From positions 40,506 to 104,505 of the forward strand of contig JAPPFC010000055.1 in the NCBI GenBank assembly GCA_028824015.1: a stretch of 64,000 bases of DNA, given 5' to 3'. A program made the translations under genes and the position numbers. The notes beneath the pieces were generated by a model. The model searched no databases and had not been told where the DNA came from. It saw nothing but the letters and a program-made list of their open reading frames with translations. The DNA comes from a bacterium. Its GTDB lineage: Bacteria > Actinomycetota > Acidimicrobiia > Spongiisociales > ZC4RG35. Shown here one piece after another: positions 56,760-64,000 of the stretch (position 1 is the first letter of the stretch; every line of letters starts with the position of its first letter).

Positions 56760-58646
56760 TCAGGACCTCGAGGAGTACATGTCAATGATCAACTCCTCGA
56801 ACATCTCTTCCATCGATTCTCTTTTCAGCTTCTGGGTGGCGGTCAACTCTCCATCCTCGTGGTCGAGCTCTTTGGGAAGCATGCGGAATTTGCGGATGTT
56901 CTCCACCCGTGAGAACCTGGAGTTCGTCCGGGTGATGACCCCCTGTATCAACTCCAGCACCTCAGGCTTCTCTCCCAGGTCCCGATAGGTCGTGTAGGGA
57001 ATGTTACGACGCGTGGCCCAGTCCCCCACTGTGTCGAACTCGATACCGACCAACGCGGTTAGGTAGTTTCTCCGGTCGCCGATCACCATCGCCTCCTTCA
57101 CGAAGGGTGAGGTCTTGAGACTGTTCTCGATCTCCGAAGGGGAGACGTTCTTGCCGCCGGAGGTGATGATTATGTGTTTGATCCGGTCCACGATCTTGAC
57201 GTGGGTGCCGTCCACCCATTCCCCCACATCCCCGGTACGCAGCCAACCGTCGGGGGTGAAAGCCTCGGCGGTCTCTTCCGGCTTGTTCCAGTATCCGCGG
57301 AAGACCCCCGGGTGTCTGGTCTGGATCTCCCCGGTCTCCGGATCAATCCGGAAGCCTATTCCCGGGTATGGTTCCCCCACCGTCCCCAGCTTCATCCGCC
57401 CATAGAAATTGTTGGTGGCAAACCCCGCGTTCTCGGTCATTCCGTACAACTCGTAGAGATTCACCCCCAGCCCGTGGAAGAATTCAATGACCTCCGGAGC
57501 GATGGGCGCCGCCCCGGTTGCCGCCCACCTGCAGCGTCGTAGGCCGATCCTTTCCCGTAGCGCCCGGAATACCAATGGATAGCCAATCATGAAGAGAATG
57601 CCGCTCCGCAAGGTGTGCCGGCCCCCGTTGTTCGCCCGCTGCCGTCCGATGACCCTGGCCAGTGCGCTGCACAAGGACATGAGAAGCCGTTTGAACCGCG
57701 TGGCGTCCCTGCTCTTGAGGATCACCGATGCATGGAGCTTTTCCCAGATGCGCGGAACCGCGAAGAAGAGGGTGGGTTGCACCTCCCGCAGGTTCTCCTG
57801 CACGGTCTCGATGGACTCGGCGAAATTCAAGGTCGTCCCGGTGACCGCGGACGTCCAGGTGGAGAAGATTCGTTCGGCTACATGGCAAAGAGGCAGGTAT
57901 GTGAGTATCTCGTCGGAGGGATTGGGTCCGATGTTGTCCGGCATGCGGCTATCGGCGTTGATCAGCTCATCGAAGCAGTACTCGGCATTGGCGTTGTCCA
58001 GCATCGCTCCCTTGGGTGGACCGGTGGTGCCTGATGTGTAGACCAGGGTCATCACATCATCGGGGTCGGCCTCCCGCATCCGCTCTTCAACCGCACCGGG
58101 GTTCTCGGCCCGATGCGAACGACCCATCTCGAGGAATTCGTCCCAGAATACGAACCTGGGGTCATTCCGATAGGTGCGGAAGCCGCGCGGTTCCACATGA
58201 ATGACCCTCTCCAGATCGGGGAGGGCGTCGATCACCTCCATCAGCTTGTCGGCCTGTTCTTGGTCCTCTGCCAGATGGACACGCGATCCCGAGTCGGAGA
58301 GGAGGTACCGAACCTCGGCCGCAGGGTTGGTCGGGTAGAGCCCGACGGTTATCCCTCGTACAGCCACGGTGGCCACATCCAGGATGACCCACTCGGGACG
58401 ATCCTCGGAGTGGATTGAGACCCGATCTCCAGTGTCCACTCCCAGTGACAGGAGGCCATGGGCGGCCAGCAGCACTTGCTCCCAGTATCTGCTCCAAGTG
58501 GTCTCCCGCCATATGCCCAAGTCCTTGTGGCGCAGCGCCACCTGGTTGGGACTGCTCATAGCCCGCTCCCTGATCAGTCGGGCGATTGTCCTTGTCCTCA
58601 CCGCGGCTGCCGCCGGGGACTCGCTGCTCTCCATGATGACCGCCAC
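56760..58646 (-). CDS. AMP-dependent acyl-CoA synthetase (long-chain fatty-acid--CoA ligase family)
   Basis: AMP-binding signature LVYTSGTTGPPKGAML, plus ITSGGKNVSP..E. It lies immediately upstream of the liv-type ABC genes on the same strand. Confidence 0.85.
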   Translation of the reverse strand: MAVIMESSESPAAAAVRTRTIARLIRERAMSSPNQVALRHKDLGIWRETTWSRYWEQVLLAAHGLLSLGVDTGDRVSIHSEDRPEWVILDVATVAVRGITVGLYPTNPAAEVRYLLSDSGSRVHLAEDQEQADKLMEVIDALPDLERVIHVEPRGFRTYRNDPRFVFWDEFLEMGRSHRAENPGAVEERMREADPDDVMTLVYTSGTTGPPKGAMLDNANAEYCFDELINADSRMPDNIGPNPSDEILTYLPLCHVAERIFSTWTSAVTGTTLNFAESIETVQENLREVQPTLFFAVPRIWEKLHASVILKSRDATRFKRLLMSLCSALARVIGRQRANNGGRHTLRSGILFMIGYPLVFRALRERIGLRRCRWAATGAAPIAPEVIEFFHGLGVNLYELYGMTENAGFATNNFYGRMKLGTVGEPYPGIGFRIDPETGEIQTRHPGVFRGYWNKPEETAEAFTPDGWLRTGDVGEWVDGTHVKIVDRIKHIIITSGGKNVSPSEIENSLKTSPFVKEAMVIGDRRNYLTALVGIEFDTVGDWATRRNIPYTTYRDLGEKPEVLELIQGVITRTNSRFSRVENIRKFRMLPKELDHEDGELTATQKLKRESMEEMFEELIIDMYSSRS

Positions 58647-58734
58647 CGGATGCTCCCTTCAAACCTGTGCGGCAGGCGTCTTAACAGGATATAGAGACCT
58701 GATCAGGACTTCCCTCCGGTCCGGGTGTAGCACC

Positions 58735-59169
58735 TCAGGACCCCAGCGACCACTCCGCGCCGCCATCCCAATGCTCCTTCTTCCAGATGGGCGCCCTCTC
58801 CTTCAACTCGTCTATCAGGTAGCGAGCCGCGGCGAAGGCTTCCGCTCGATGGCCGCTGGATACCGCCACGGCCACTGCCACCTCGCCCACTTCCACCCTG
58901 CCCATGCGGTGCTCCACTGCAATCGCGACAACCGACCAGCGCTGGGCCGCCTCGGTGACGATTTCAGCGATCTTTCCGCACGCCTGGGCTCTGTACACCT
59001 CATACTCGAGATGTGTTACACCGTCCCGGCGCGGGGAGTGGTTCCGGACGGTCCCCAAGAACAGGGCTACCGCCCCCGCCTCGGGATGGCCCACTTCCTC
59101 CAGCAAACCGCCCACATCGATGGCATCTTCCACTACCGCAACGCGCGAACGCGGGAAAGGGGTGCTCAT
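58735..59169 (-). CDS. moaE: Molybdopterin synthase catalytic subunit MoaE
   Basis: VALFLGTVRN...HLEYEVY...AIAVEHRMGRVEVGEVAVAVAVSSGHR...IWKKEHW. No moaD is adjacent. Confidence 0.8.
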   Translation of the reverse strand: MSTPFPRSRVAVVEDAIDVGGLLEEVGHPEAGAVALFLGTVRNHSPRRDGVTHLEYEVYRAQACGKIAEIVTEAAQRWSVVAIAVEHRMGRVEVGEVAVAVAVSSGHRAEAFAAARYLIDELKERAPIWKKEHWDGGAEWSLGS

Positions 59170-59210
59170 ACACAGAGAAGTTAGCCCCAAGCCGCCGTAA
59201 AATCAGCGCG

Positions 59211-60290
59211 GTGAGCGAAGATCTCTTCACCCGGTTGATGCGAATGTTCAACCAGCCCGGCCCGGTGAACCTGGACCTGGCCCGCGAGATTTCCCGCCAT
59301 CTGGCCGGAGAGGCCCAGTTGCTCAATCCATGGACCTCCGAAGAACTCATCGAATTGGTGAGATTGGCCGAGTACCAGGTTTCCGAGGTCGCTCCCTTCA
59401 GCTTCCCACCCGCCTCGACCGTGATCCCGCTCGGTCCCCGGGAGTGGGGGGACGCCATGGTGGAGGAATTCGCCCCTGTGGTGGAGCCGTTCGCGGCCCA
59501 GGTGGGAGAGGGCGCAGCAGGCCAGCCTTGGGGGATGCTGATCCCGTTGGGCCCGGTCATAGCCGGCGCGCAACTCGGGGCCATGGCGGGGCTGATGGCC
59601 GGCCGGGTGATCGGAGCCTGCGAGACCGGCCTTCCCACCGGGCTCTCCAACCGGACCCTCCTGGTGGCTACGGTGATAGAAGACCTGGCCGACCAACTGC
59701 CCGTGGACGGGCGCCAGGTGCGCATGTGGGCGGCTCTCTATGAGACGGCCCACCGGGCGGTGTTCTCCCTTCCGCATGTGGCGGACCTCTTCCGCACATT
59801 CAATGAGGACTATGCCTCAAGGCTGAAACTGGCGCCGGACTCGCTGATGGAGCAACTCGGGTCGATAGGAAACGACCCATCGGCGATCTTCCAGTTGGAT
59901 CTGGAAGACGAGGGAACAGACCTCTTCGACTCCTCGGCGGCCGGGCCGGCCCGCGAGAACCTGAGCGCTTTTCTGGGCATGACCGGCGGAATGGCGCGGT
60001 GGCTGGTCGCCGAAGCGGGAGCCCGGCTGCTTCCCGACCTCGACACGATCGCTTCGGAACGTGAAGGCACCCTGGACCTCTCGGATCCGGCCGCGCAGAC
60101 CGGAGCGATGGTCACCGCCTCTCCGGAAGCCATTGCCGCCGGGGAAGTCTTCCTTGCCGAAGTCGAGGAACGTTTCGGGCCTGCCGCCGCCCAGCGCATC
60201 TGGCAGCCCGACGGATTCCCAACCCCCGAGGAGATCTACGACCCCGTGGGTTGGGCGGCCAGGGTGTTGCTGAACGATCCGCTCTGGTAG
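59211..60290 (+). CDS. Zincin-like metallopeptidase-family protein (DUF2342-like, actinobacterial; often F420/CoA-biosynthesis-associated)
   Basis: FNQPGPVNLDLAREISRHLAG N-terminus, and a degenerate HExxH-like YETAHRAVF. The start is uncertain: GTG 59211 or ATG 59238. The track's start at 59013 overlaps moaE. Confidence 0.5.
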   Translation: MSEDLFTRLMRMFNQPGPVNLDLAREISRHLAGEAQLLNPWTSEELIELVRLAEYQVSEVAPFSFPPASTVIPLGPREWGDAMVEEFAPVVEPFAAQVGEGAAGQPWGMLIPLGPVIAGAQLGAMAGLMAGRVIGACETGLPTGLSNRTLLVATVIEDLADQLPVDGRQVRMWAALYETAHRAVFSLPHVADLFRTFNEDYASRLKLAPDSLMEQLGSIGNDPSAIFQLDLEDEGTDLFDSSAAGPARENLSAFLGMTGGMARWLVAEAGARLLPDLDTIASEREGTLDLSDPAAQTGAMVTASPEAIAAGEVFLAEVEERFGPAAAQRIWQPDGFPTPEEIYDPVGWAARVLLNDPLW

Positions 60291-60337
60291 TCCTGTAAGC
60301 TTCGGCAACTACTGTCCCCGACCCGGGAGAACCCAAA

Positions 60338-60796
60338 ATGCCTGCAGAAGTCGGCGCACCCGCCCCCTCCTTCTCTTTGCACGACCAAGACGGCAACACT
60401 GTAACGCTGGACGATCTGACCAACCGCAAGACCCTCCTGGTGTTCATTCCCTTCCCCTTTACCGGTATCTGCGAAGGAGAACTGTGTGAGATCCGGGACA
60501 ACTCCGACGATCTCTCGGGTCTCGACGCGAACGTGGTGGTCATCACTTGCGACACCCGATTCTCCAACAAGAAGTGGGCGGATGAACAAGGTTTTGACTT
60601 TCCCATCCTCTCCGACTTCTGGCCACACGGCCAGACAGCCCGGGAGTATGGGTGCTTCAATGACGAAATGGGCGTGGCGTCACGGGCCACTTACGTACTC
60701 GACCAGAGCGGAGTGGTCAGGGAGGTAATCGCGACCGACGCGTTGAAGACTCCTCGCGAATTCCAGAGGTACGGCGAGGCGCTGCAACGTCTCTGA
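60338..60796 (+). CDS. Peroxiredoxin (AhpE/Bcp-like thiol peroxidase)
   Basis: The peroxidatic Cys lies in LLVFIPFPFTGICEGELC. 152 aa. Confidence 0.85.
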   Translation: MPAEVGAPAPSFSLHDQDGNTVTLDDLTNRKTLLVFIPFPFTGICEGELCEIRDNSDDLSGLDANVVVITCDTRFSNKKWADEQGFDFPILSDFWPHGQTAREYGCFNDEMGVASRATYVLDQSGVVREVIATDALKTPREFQRYGEALQRL

Positions 60797-60838
60797 TCAG
60801 CTGTCCCCCTCCCCGGGACCCCCGCCTCTGACGAACTC

Positions 60839-61044
60839 CTAGGAGTCCTCGGCGCCGTCCGCGGCAGCGGTGGCGTCAGTTGCGGCGGCGGCTTCTTCGG
60901 CCTTGCCTTCTTCAACCCCCTTGCGGAATTCGCGGGCAGACGATCCCAATGATCGTGCCAGCTTGGGAAGCTTGGAGGCGCCGAACAGGAGCAGCAGTAT
61001 CAGAACAATTATCCCAAGTTCCAAGGGTTTCAGCCCGAACAACG
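60839..61044 (-). CDS. tatA: Twin-arginine translocase subunit TatA
   Basis: LFGLKPLELGIIVLILLLLFGASKLPKLARSLGSSAREFRKG. I place the start at TTG 61044, which has a perfect AAGGAG RBS 6 nt upstream. The track ORF starts at GTG 61069. Confidence 0.8.
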
Positions 61045-61087
61045 TCTTCTCCTTTGTGGTCTCTTGCACCGCCCGGGTGCGGAGCAG

Positions 61088-61972
61088 TTAACCCAAGGCT
61101 AGCGCATCGATGGCTTTCTGGAGTCGCTCCCTGGTGACAAACCGGATCCGGGGGTCTCGGCGCTCCCACTCGTAGACCGAGAAGGGCCCGTACTTCTCGG
61201 TTACCAACATCCCGCGGGCCATACGGGAACCGGCCATATCCATAACGAAGCGGCGCATATCCGTCTCCGTGAGTTCCGGGTGCCCATCCGCCAGGTGCGG
61301 GACCTCTCTCACCATCACGGTTGCGGCGCCTTTCCGAGCATGGAAGGTCTCCGAATCCGGGCCCGGAGAGACCGTGTAACCTCGCAGGGCCAGGATGGCC
61401 CGCACCAACGCGCCGGCGCTCATGTTCCCGGGATCGACGCCCTGGAGGCGGAGGGCGGCCTCCACCTTGGCCGGGATGGTCAGAAACACAGCCAGAGGCG
61501 CCAACGCCTCTCCCTCCGTGGTCGGGGTGGGCGTAACCGAGCCTCCGGTCGCCCCGAAGTCGCTGTCCAGTGGATCTCGGGTCGCCTCCGAAAGCCCCAC
61601 GATCTCGGGAACGGGAAAGTTCTCGGGAAGCCTGCCCGGCTCCTCGAAGTCCACACTCCCCACCTGTTTCGAGTCGTCCCGGTGGAGAACGAAGACCTCC
61701 ACCCTGCCCAGGCCCTCCAAGGGGAGGGTCTGGCGGGCATGCCGCACGGCCTCCAGGGCGTAGTAGCACAGCAGGTCGGTGAGGATCGGGTCGTCCTCGA
61801 CCATCGGCACGCTGAATGTGACCTGGATCGCATCCCCGGAAACCGATAGGTCATGGAGGTTGGGGACCGGCGCCAGGGGATCCGGCTCAGGTTGTGCGGA
61901 GGAACCAGGACGGACGCGACGAACCAGGCGAACCGACAAGATGATGAGGCCTGCCAACGCCAGCAGGAGCAC
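61088..61972 (-). CDS. Hypothetical membrane-anchored protein (N-terminal TM; C-terminal ~100-aa globular domain, possibly restriction-endonuclease-like fold)
   Basis: 294 aa with a TM helix LLLALAGLIILSV. The C-terminal domain was not confidently assigned. Confidence 0.4.
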   Translation of the reverse strand: MLLLALAGLIILSVRLVRRVRPGSSAQPEPDPLAPVPNLHDLSVSGDAIQVTFSVPMVEDDPILTDLLCYYALEAVRHARQTLPLEGLGRVEVFVLHRDDSKQVGSVDFEEPGRLPENFPVPEIVGLSEATRDPLDSDFGATGGSVTPTPTTEGEALAPLAVFLTIPAKVEAALRLQGVDPGNMSAGALVRAILALRGYTVSPGPDSETFHARKGAATVMVREVPHLADGHPELTETDMRRFVMDMAGSRMARGMLVTEKYGPFSVYEWERRDPRIRFVTRERLQKAIDALALG

Positions 61973-62034
61973 GGCATAACCGAACAGTCCCAGAATTACT
62001 CCCTAGTTCTCGGCATCTCCATTGTAGGGAGATC

Positions 62035-62310
62035 TCAGGAGGCTACCGCCGTCCTCCTCGAACGCTCGTGCCGAACCCTGCGACGCTCTCGCTCCGACAA
62101 ACCACCCCAGATTCCAAAACGCTCTCCGTTGTCCAGCGCGAAGTCAAGACATTCGAGTTTCACCTGGCACTCCCCACAGATCGCCTTGGCCTTGCGGGTG
62201 GAGGAACCCCGCTCCGGAAAGAACAAGTCGGTGTCCGCTCCCAGGCAGTTGGCATAGTTCTGCCAACCCAACTGATCGTTTGCCATCGCATCTATCAAGC
62301 TCCGTCGCAT
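62035..62310 (-). CDS. whiB: WhiB-family redox-sensing transcription regulator
   Basis: WQ..ANC...DTDLFFPE, followed by AKAICGECQVKLECL and GIWGG. It has the four Cys that ligate the Fe-S cluster. The start is probably MRRSLID; the track has 62328. Confidence 0.85.
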   Translation of the reverse strand: MRRSLIDAMANDQLGWQNYANCLGADTDLFFPERGSSTRKAKAICGECQVKLECLDFALDNGERFGIWGGLSERERRRVRHERSRRTAVAS

Positions 62311-62353
62311 CTTCAGTCCTATCTCCAACCCAGACTGCCCGCCGCCTGGTTTC

Positions 62354-62367
62354 TTACATTGATGTAA
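62354..62367. promoter_or_regulatory. 14-bp palindrome TTACAT-TG-ATGTAA in the AT-rich whiB/sdhC divergent intergenic region
   Basis: A perfect inverted repeat in a ~50% GC stretch. TTACAA occurs again 3 nt downstream and 90 nt downstream. Confidence 0.4.
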
Positions 62368-62467
62368 TTACAATCCCGTGACTATAGGCAGGGACCGGGA
62401 CATTTGTCAAATGAAGAAGAGGCTGAGACTCACTGTCTCGGAGGCGTTTACAATCTTTGGGCAGTCC

Positions 62468-63202
62468 ATGCCTACGAGTCCCGCGACACCCGCCCCCGTT
62501 TCAGTATCTCGACGCCGTCCCTGGCCGGTGGAGTTCTACCGGTCGGCTGTCGGGAAGAAGTGGGTGATGGGCATCACCGGCATCGCGCTCCTGGGGTTCG
62601 TGCTGGCTCACATGATCGGCAACCTCAAGGTCTACCTGGGTGACGGTCAGCTCGATTCCTACGCCCACTTCCTCAGGGAACTGCTCTATCCCCTCCTCCC
62701 CAAGACCGTCACCCTCTGGCTGATGCGGACCGGGCTGGTGATCGCCTTTTTGCTTCACATCCATGCAGCAGCCAGCCTCACCTTGCTGAATCGACGGGCC
62801 AACACCGCCTATCGGGGCCCCCGCGACCTGGCGGTAGCCAGCTACGCCTCCCGCACCATGCGATGGAGCGGCGTGATCGTGGCCGTCTTCCTGCTATGGC
62901 ATCTCGCCGACCTGACCTGGGGAGTGACTCCCATGGCGGCGGAAGGATGGACGCCCGGGGCGGTGGAGGCCAACCTGGTCGCCTCTCTCTCGCGGGGAGG
63001 GGTGGCAGTCCTGTACGTAGTGGCCAACCTGCTGCTGGGCATCCACATCTACCACGGCGCCTGGTCTCTCTTCCAGAGTCTGGGATTCGCCCACCCCTCC
63101 TACAAACGGTGGCGGCGTTGGTTCGCCCAGGCCTTTTCCGCGGCGATCGTGATCGGCAACGTCAGCATTCCGATCGCCGTCTGGACCGGGATGGTGGGAT
63201 GA
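62468..63202 (+). CDS. sdhC: Succinate dehydrogenase cytochrome b subunit (actinobacterial b558-type SdhC)
   Basis: [36 protein letters not shown], with 5 TM helices and conserved His. The start is uncertain: 62378, 62411 or 62468. The stop overlaps the sdhA ATG (ATGA). Confidence 0.75.
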   Translation: MPTSPATPAPVSVSRRRPWPVEFYRSAVGKKWVMGITGIALLGFVLAHMIGNLKVYLGDGQLDSYAHFLRELLYPLLPKTVTLWLMRTGLVIAFLLHIHAAASLTLLNRRANTAYRGPRDLAVASYASRTMRWSGVIVAVFLLWHLADLTWGVTPMAAEGWTPGAVEANLVASLSRGGVAVLYVVANLLLGIHIYHGAWSLFQSLGFAHPSYKRWRRWFAQAFSAAIVIGNVSIPIAVWTGMVG

Positions 63203-64000
63203 GCGCGGTCCGGCTGGATGCAAAGACCCCACCGGGGCCCCTCGCCGACGCCTGGGATAATCACCGGTTCTCCCTGAAGCTGGTCAACCCCGCCAACAAG
63301 CGGCATTTCAAGATCATCGTGATCGGATCCGGCCTGGCGGGGGCCTCGGCCGCCGCGACACTGGCCGAACTCGGATATCAGGTTGACGTCTTTACCTTCC
63401 ATGACACCCCCCGCCGGGCCCACTCCATCGCCGCCCAGGGCGGCATCAACGCCGCCAAGAACTATCGAAACGACGGAGACTCGGTGGATCGGCTGTTCTA
63501 CGACACCATCAAGGGCGGAGACTTCCGCTCCCGGGAAGCCAATGTCTACCGGTTGGCGCAACTCTCCCTCAACATCATCGACCAGGCCACGGCTCAGGGT
63601 GTTCCGTTCGCCCGCGAGTACGGGGGGCTCCTGGACAACCGCTCCTTCGGTGGCGCGCAGGTGGCCCGTACCTTCTACTCCCGGGGTCAGACCGGTCAGC
63701 AACTGCTGCTTGGGGCCTACCAGGCCATGGCGCGGCAGGTGGGACTGGGGAAGGTGAAATTGTGGGTACGGACCGAATTCATGGACGTGGTCCTCAAGGA
63801 GGGTCGAGCCGTCGGTGTAGTGGTGAGGGACCTCCTCACCGGGGAGATCACCTCTCACTCGGCCCATGCGGTGGTTCTGTGCACCGGCGGTTACTCCAAT
63901 GTCTATTACCTGTCCACCAATGCAATGACCTGCAACGTCACAGCAATATGGCGGGCCCACCGTCGGGGAGCAGCCTTCGCCAATCCGTGCTTCACCCAGA
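63199..64000 (+). CDS. sdhA: Succinate dehydrogenase/fumarate reductase flavoprotein subunit, truncated at the right edge of the window
   Basis: Manual translation gives [62 protein letters not shown]...[12 protein letters not shown]...[21 protein letters not shown]. It is not in the ORF track because it has no stop in the window. Confidence 0.85.
   Translation, partial: MSAVRLDAKTPPGPLADAWDNHRFSLKLVNPANKRHFKIIVIGSGLAGASAAATLAELGYQVDVFTFHDTPRRAHSIAAQGGINAAKNYRNDGDSVDRLFYDTIKGGDFRSREANVYRLAQLSLNIIDQATAQGVPFAREYGGLLDNRSFGGAQVARTFYSRGQTGQQLLLGAYQAMARQVGLGKVKLWVRTEFMDVVLKEGRAVGVVVRDLLTGEITSHSAHAVVLCTGGYSNVYYLSTNAMTCNVTAIWRAHRRGAAFANPCFTQ

Noticed and set aside
54512-56785. 757-aa - strand ORF
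   Set aside because: Only the C-terminal 396 aa (LivM) are real. The N-terminal part is a different frame running through livH, which is encoded at 55750-56700 in its own frame.
55633-56988. 451-aa + strand ORF
   Set aside because: Antisense to the livH and fadD genes.
63100-63960. 286-aa - strand ORF
   Set aside because: Antisense to sdhA, whose + strand translation is unambiguous.

Overview
This is a high-GC (~65-70%) chromosomal window from an actinobacterium. The WhiB regulator, the Mec/CysO sulfur-carrier route, several F420/LLM/PPOX-type enzymes and an actinobacterial-type cytochrome b SdhC all point that way. Nearly all of it is densely packed, translationally coupled housekeeping operons. 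They are: purH-folD followed by a self-contained CysO-dependent cysteine operon (rhodanese-ThiF E1, Mec JAMM protease, CysO, CysM); a small CoA-transferase/cupin/TPP-enzyme/F420-PPOX/FAD-monooxygenase cluster; a CPA2 antiporter with a TrkA-Usp regulator; sucCD; transaldolase; pcrA-guaA-guaB3; trpS divergent from cimA; wecB; tkt; lpd-E2-lipB/lipA; an acyl-CoA dehydrogenase and a PDZ-Lon protease; bioY; a fadD-livHMKFG-type ABC uptake operon; moaE; a peroxiredoxin; tatA; whiB; and sdhC-sdhA, which runs off the right edge. I found no rRNA, tRNA, CRISPR array or recognisable transposase. The most interesting non-standard features are as follows. (1) An apparent transcription attenuator upstream of citramalate synthase cimA: consensus TTGACA-N17-CATAAT, a 13-codon leader ORF with three consecutive Ile codons, and a 9-bp GC hairpin with a U-tract about 25 nt before the cimA start. 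(2) An 860-bp low-GC insertion carrying a lone NYN/LabA-like nuclease gene with its own terminator. (3) A single-polypeptide LipB-LipA fusion. (4) An E1 with N-terminal rather than C-terminal rhodanese, sitting in the cysO operon. (5) A double zinc-ribbon Pro/Gly-rich mini-protein coupled to an LLM oxidoreductase. (6) Two large secreted repeat proteins: a lipoprotein of five tandem PPC-like domains, and a SpoIID/LytB protein with about seven peptidoglycan-binding repeats. (7) AT-rich palindromic operator-like sites in the whiB/sdhC and PDZ-Lon/bioY divergent regions.
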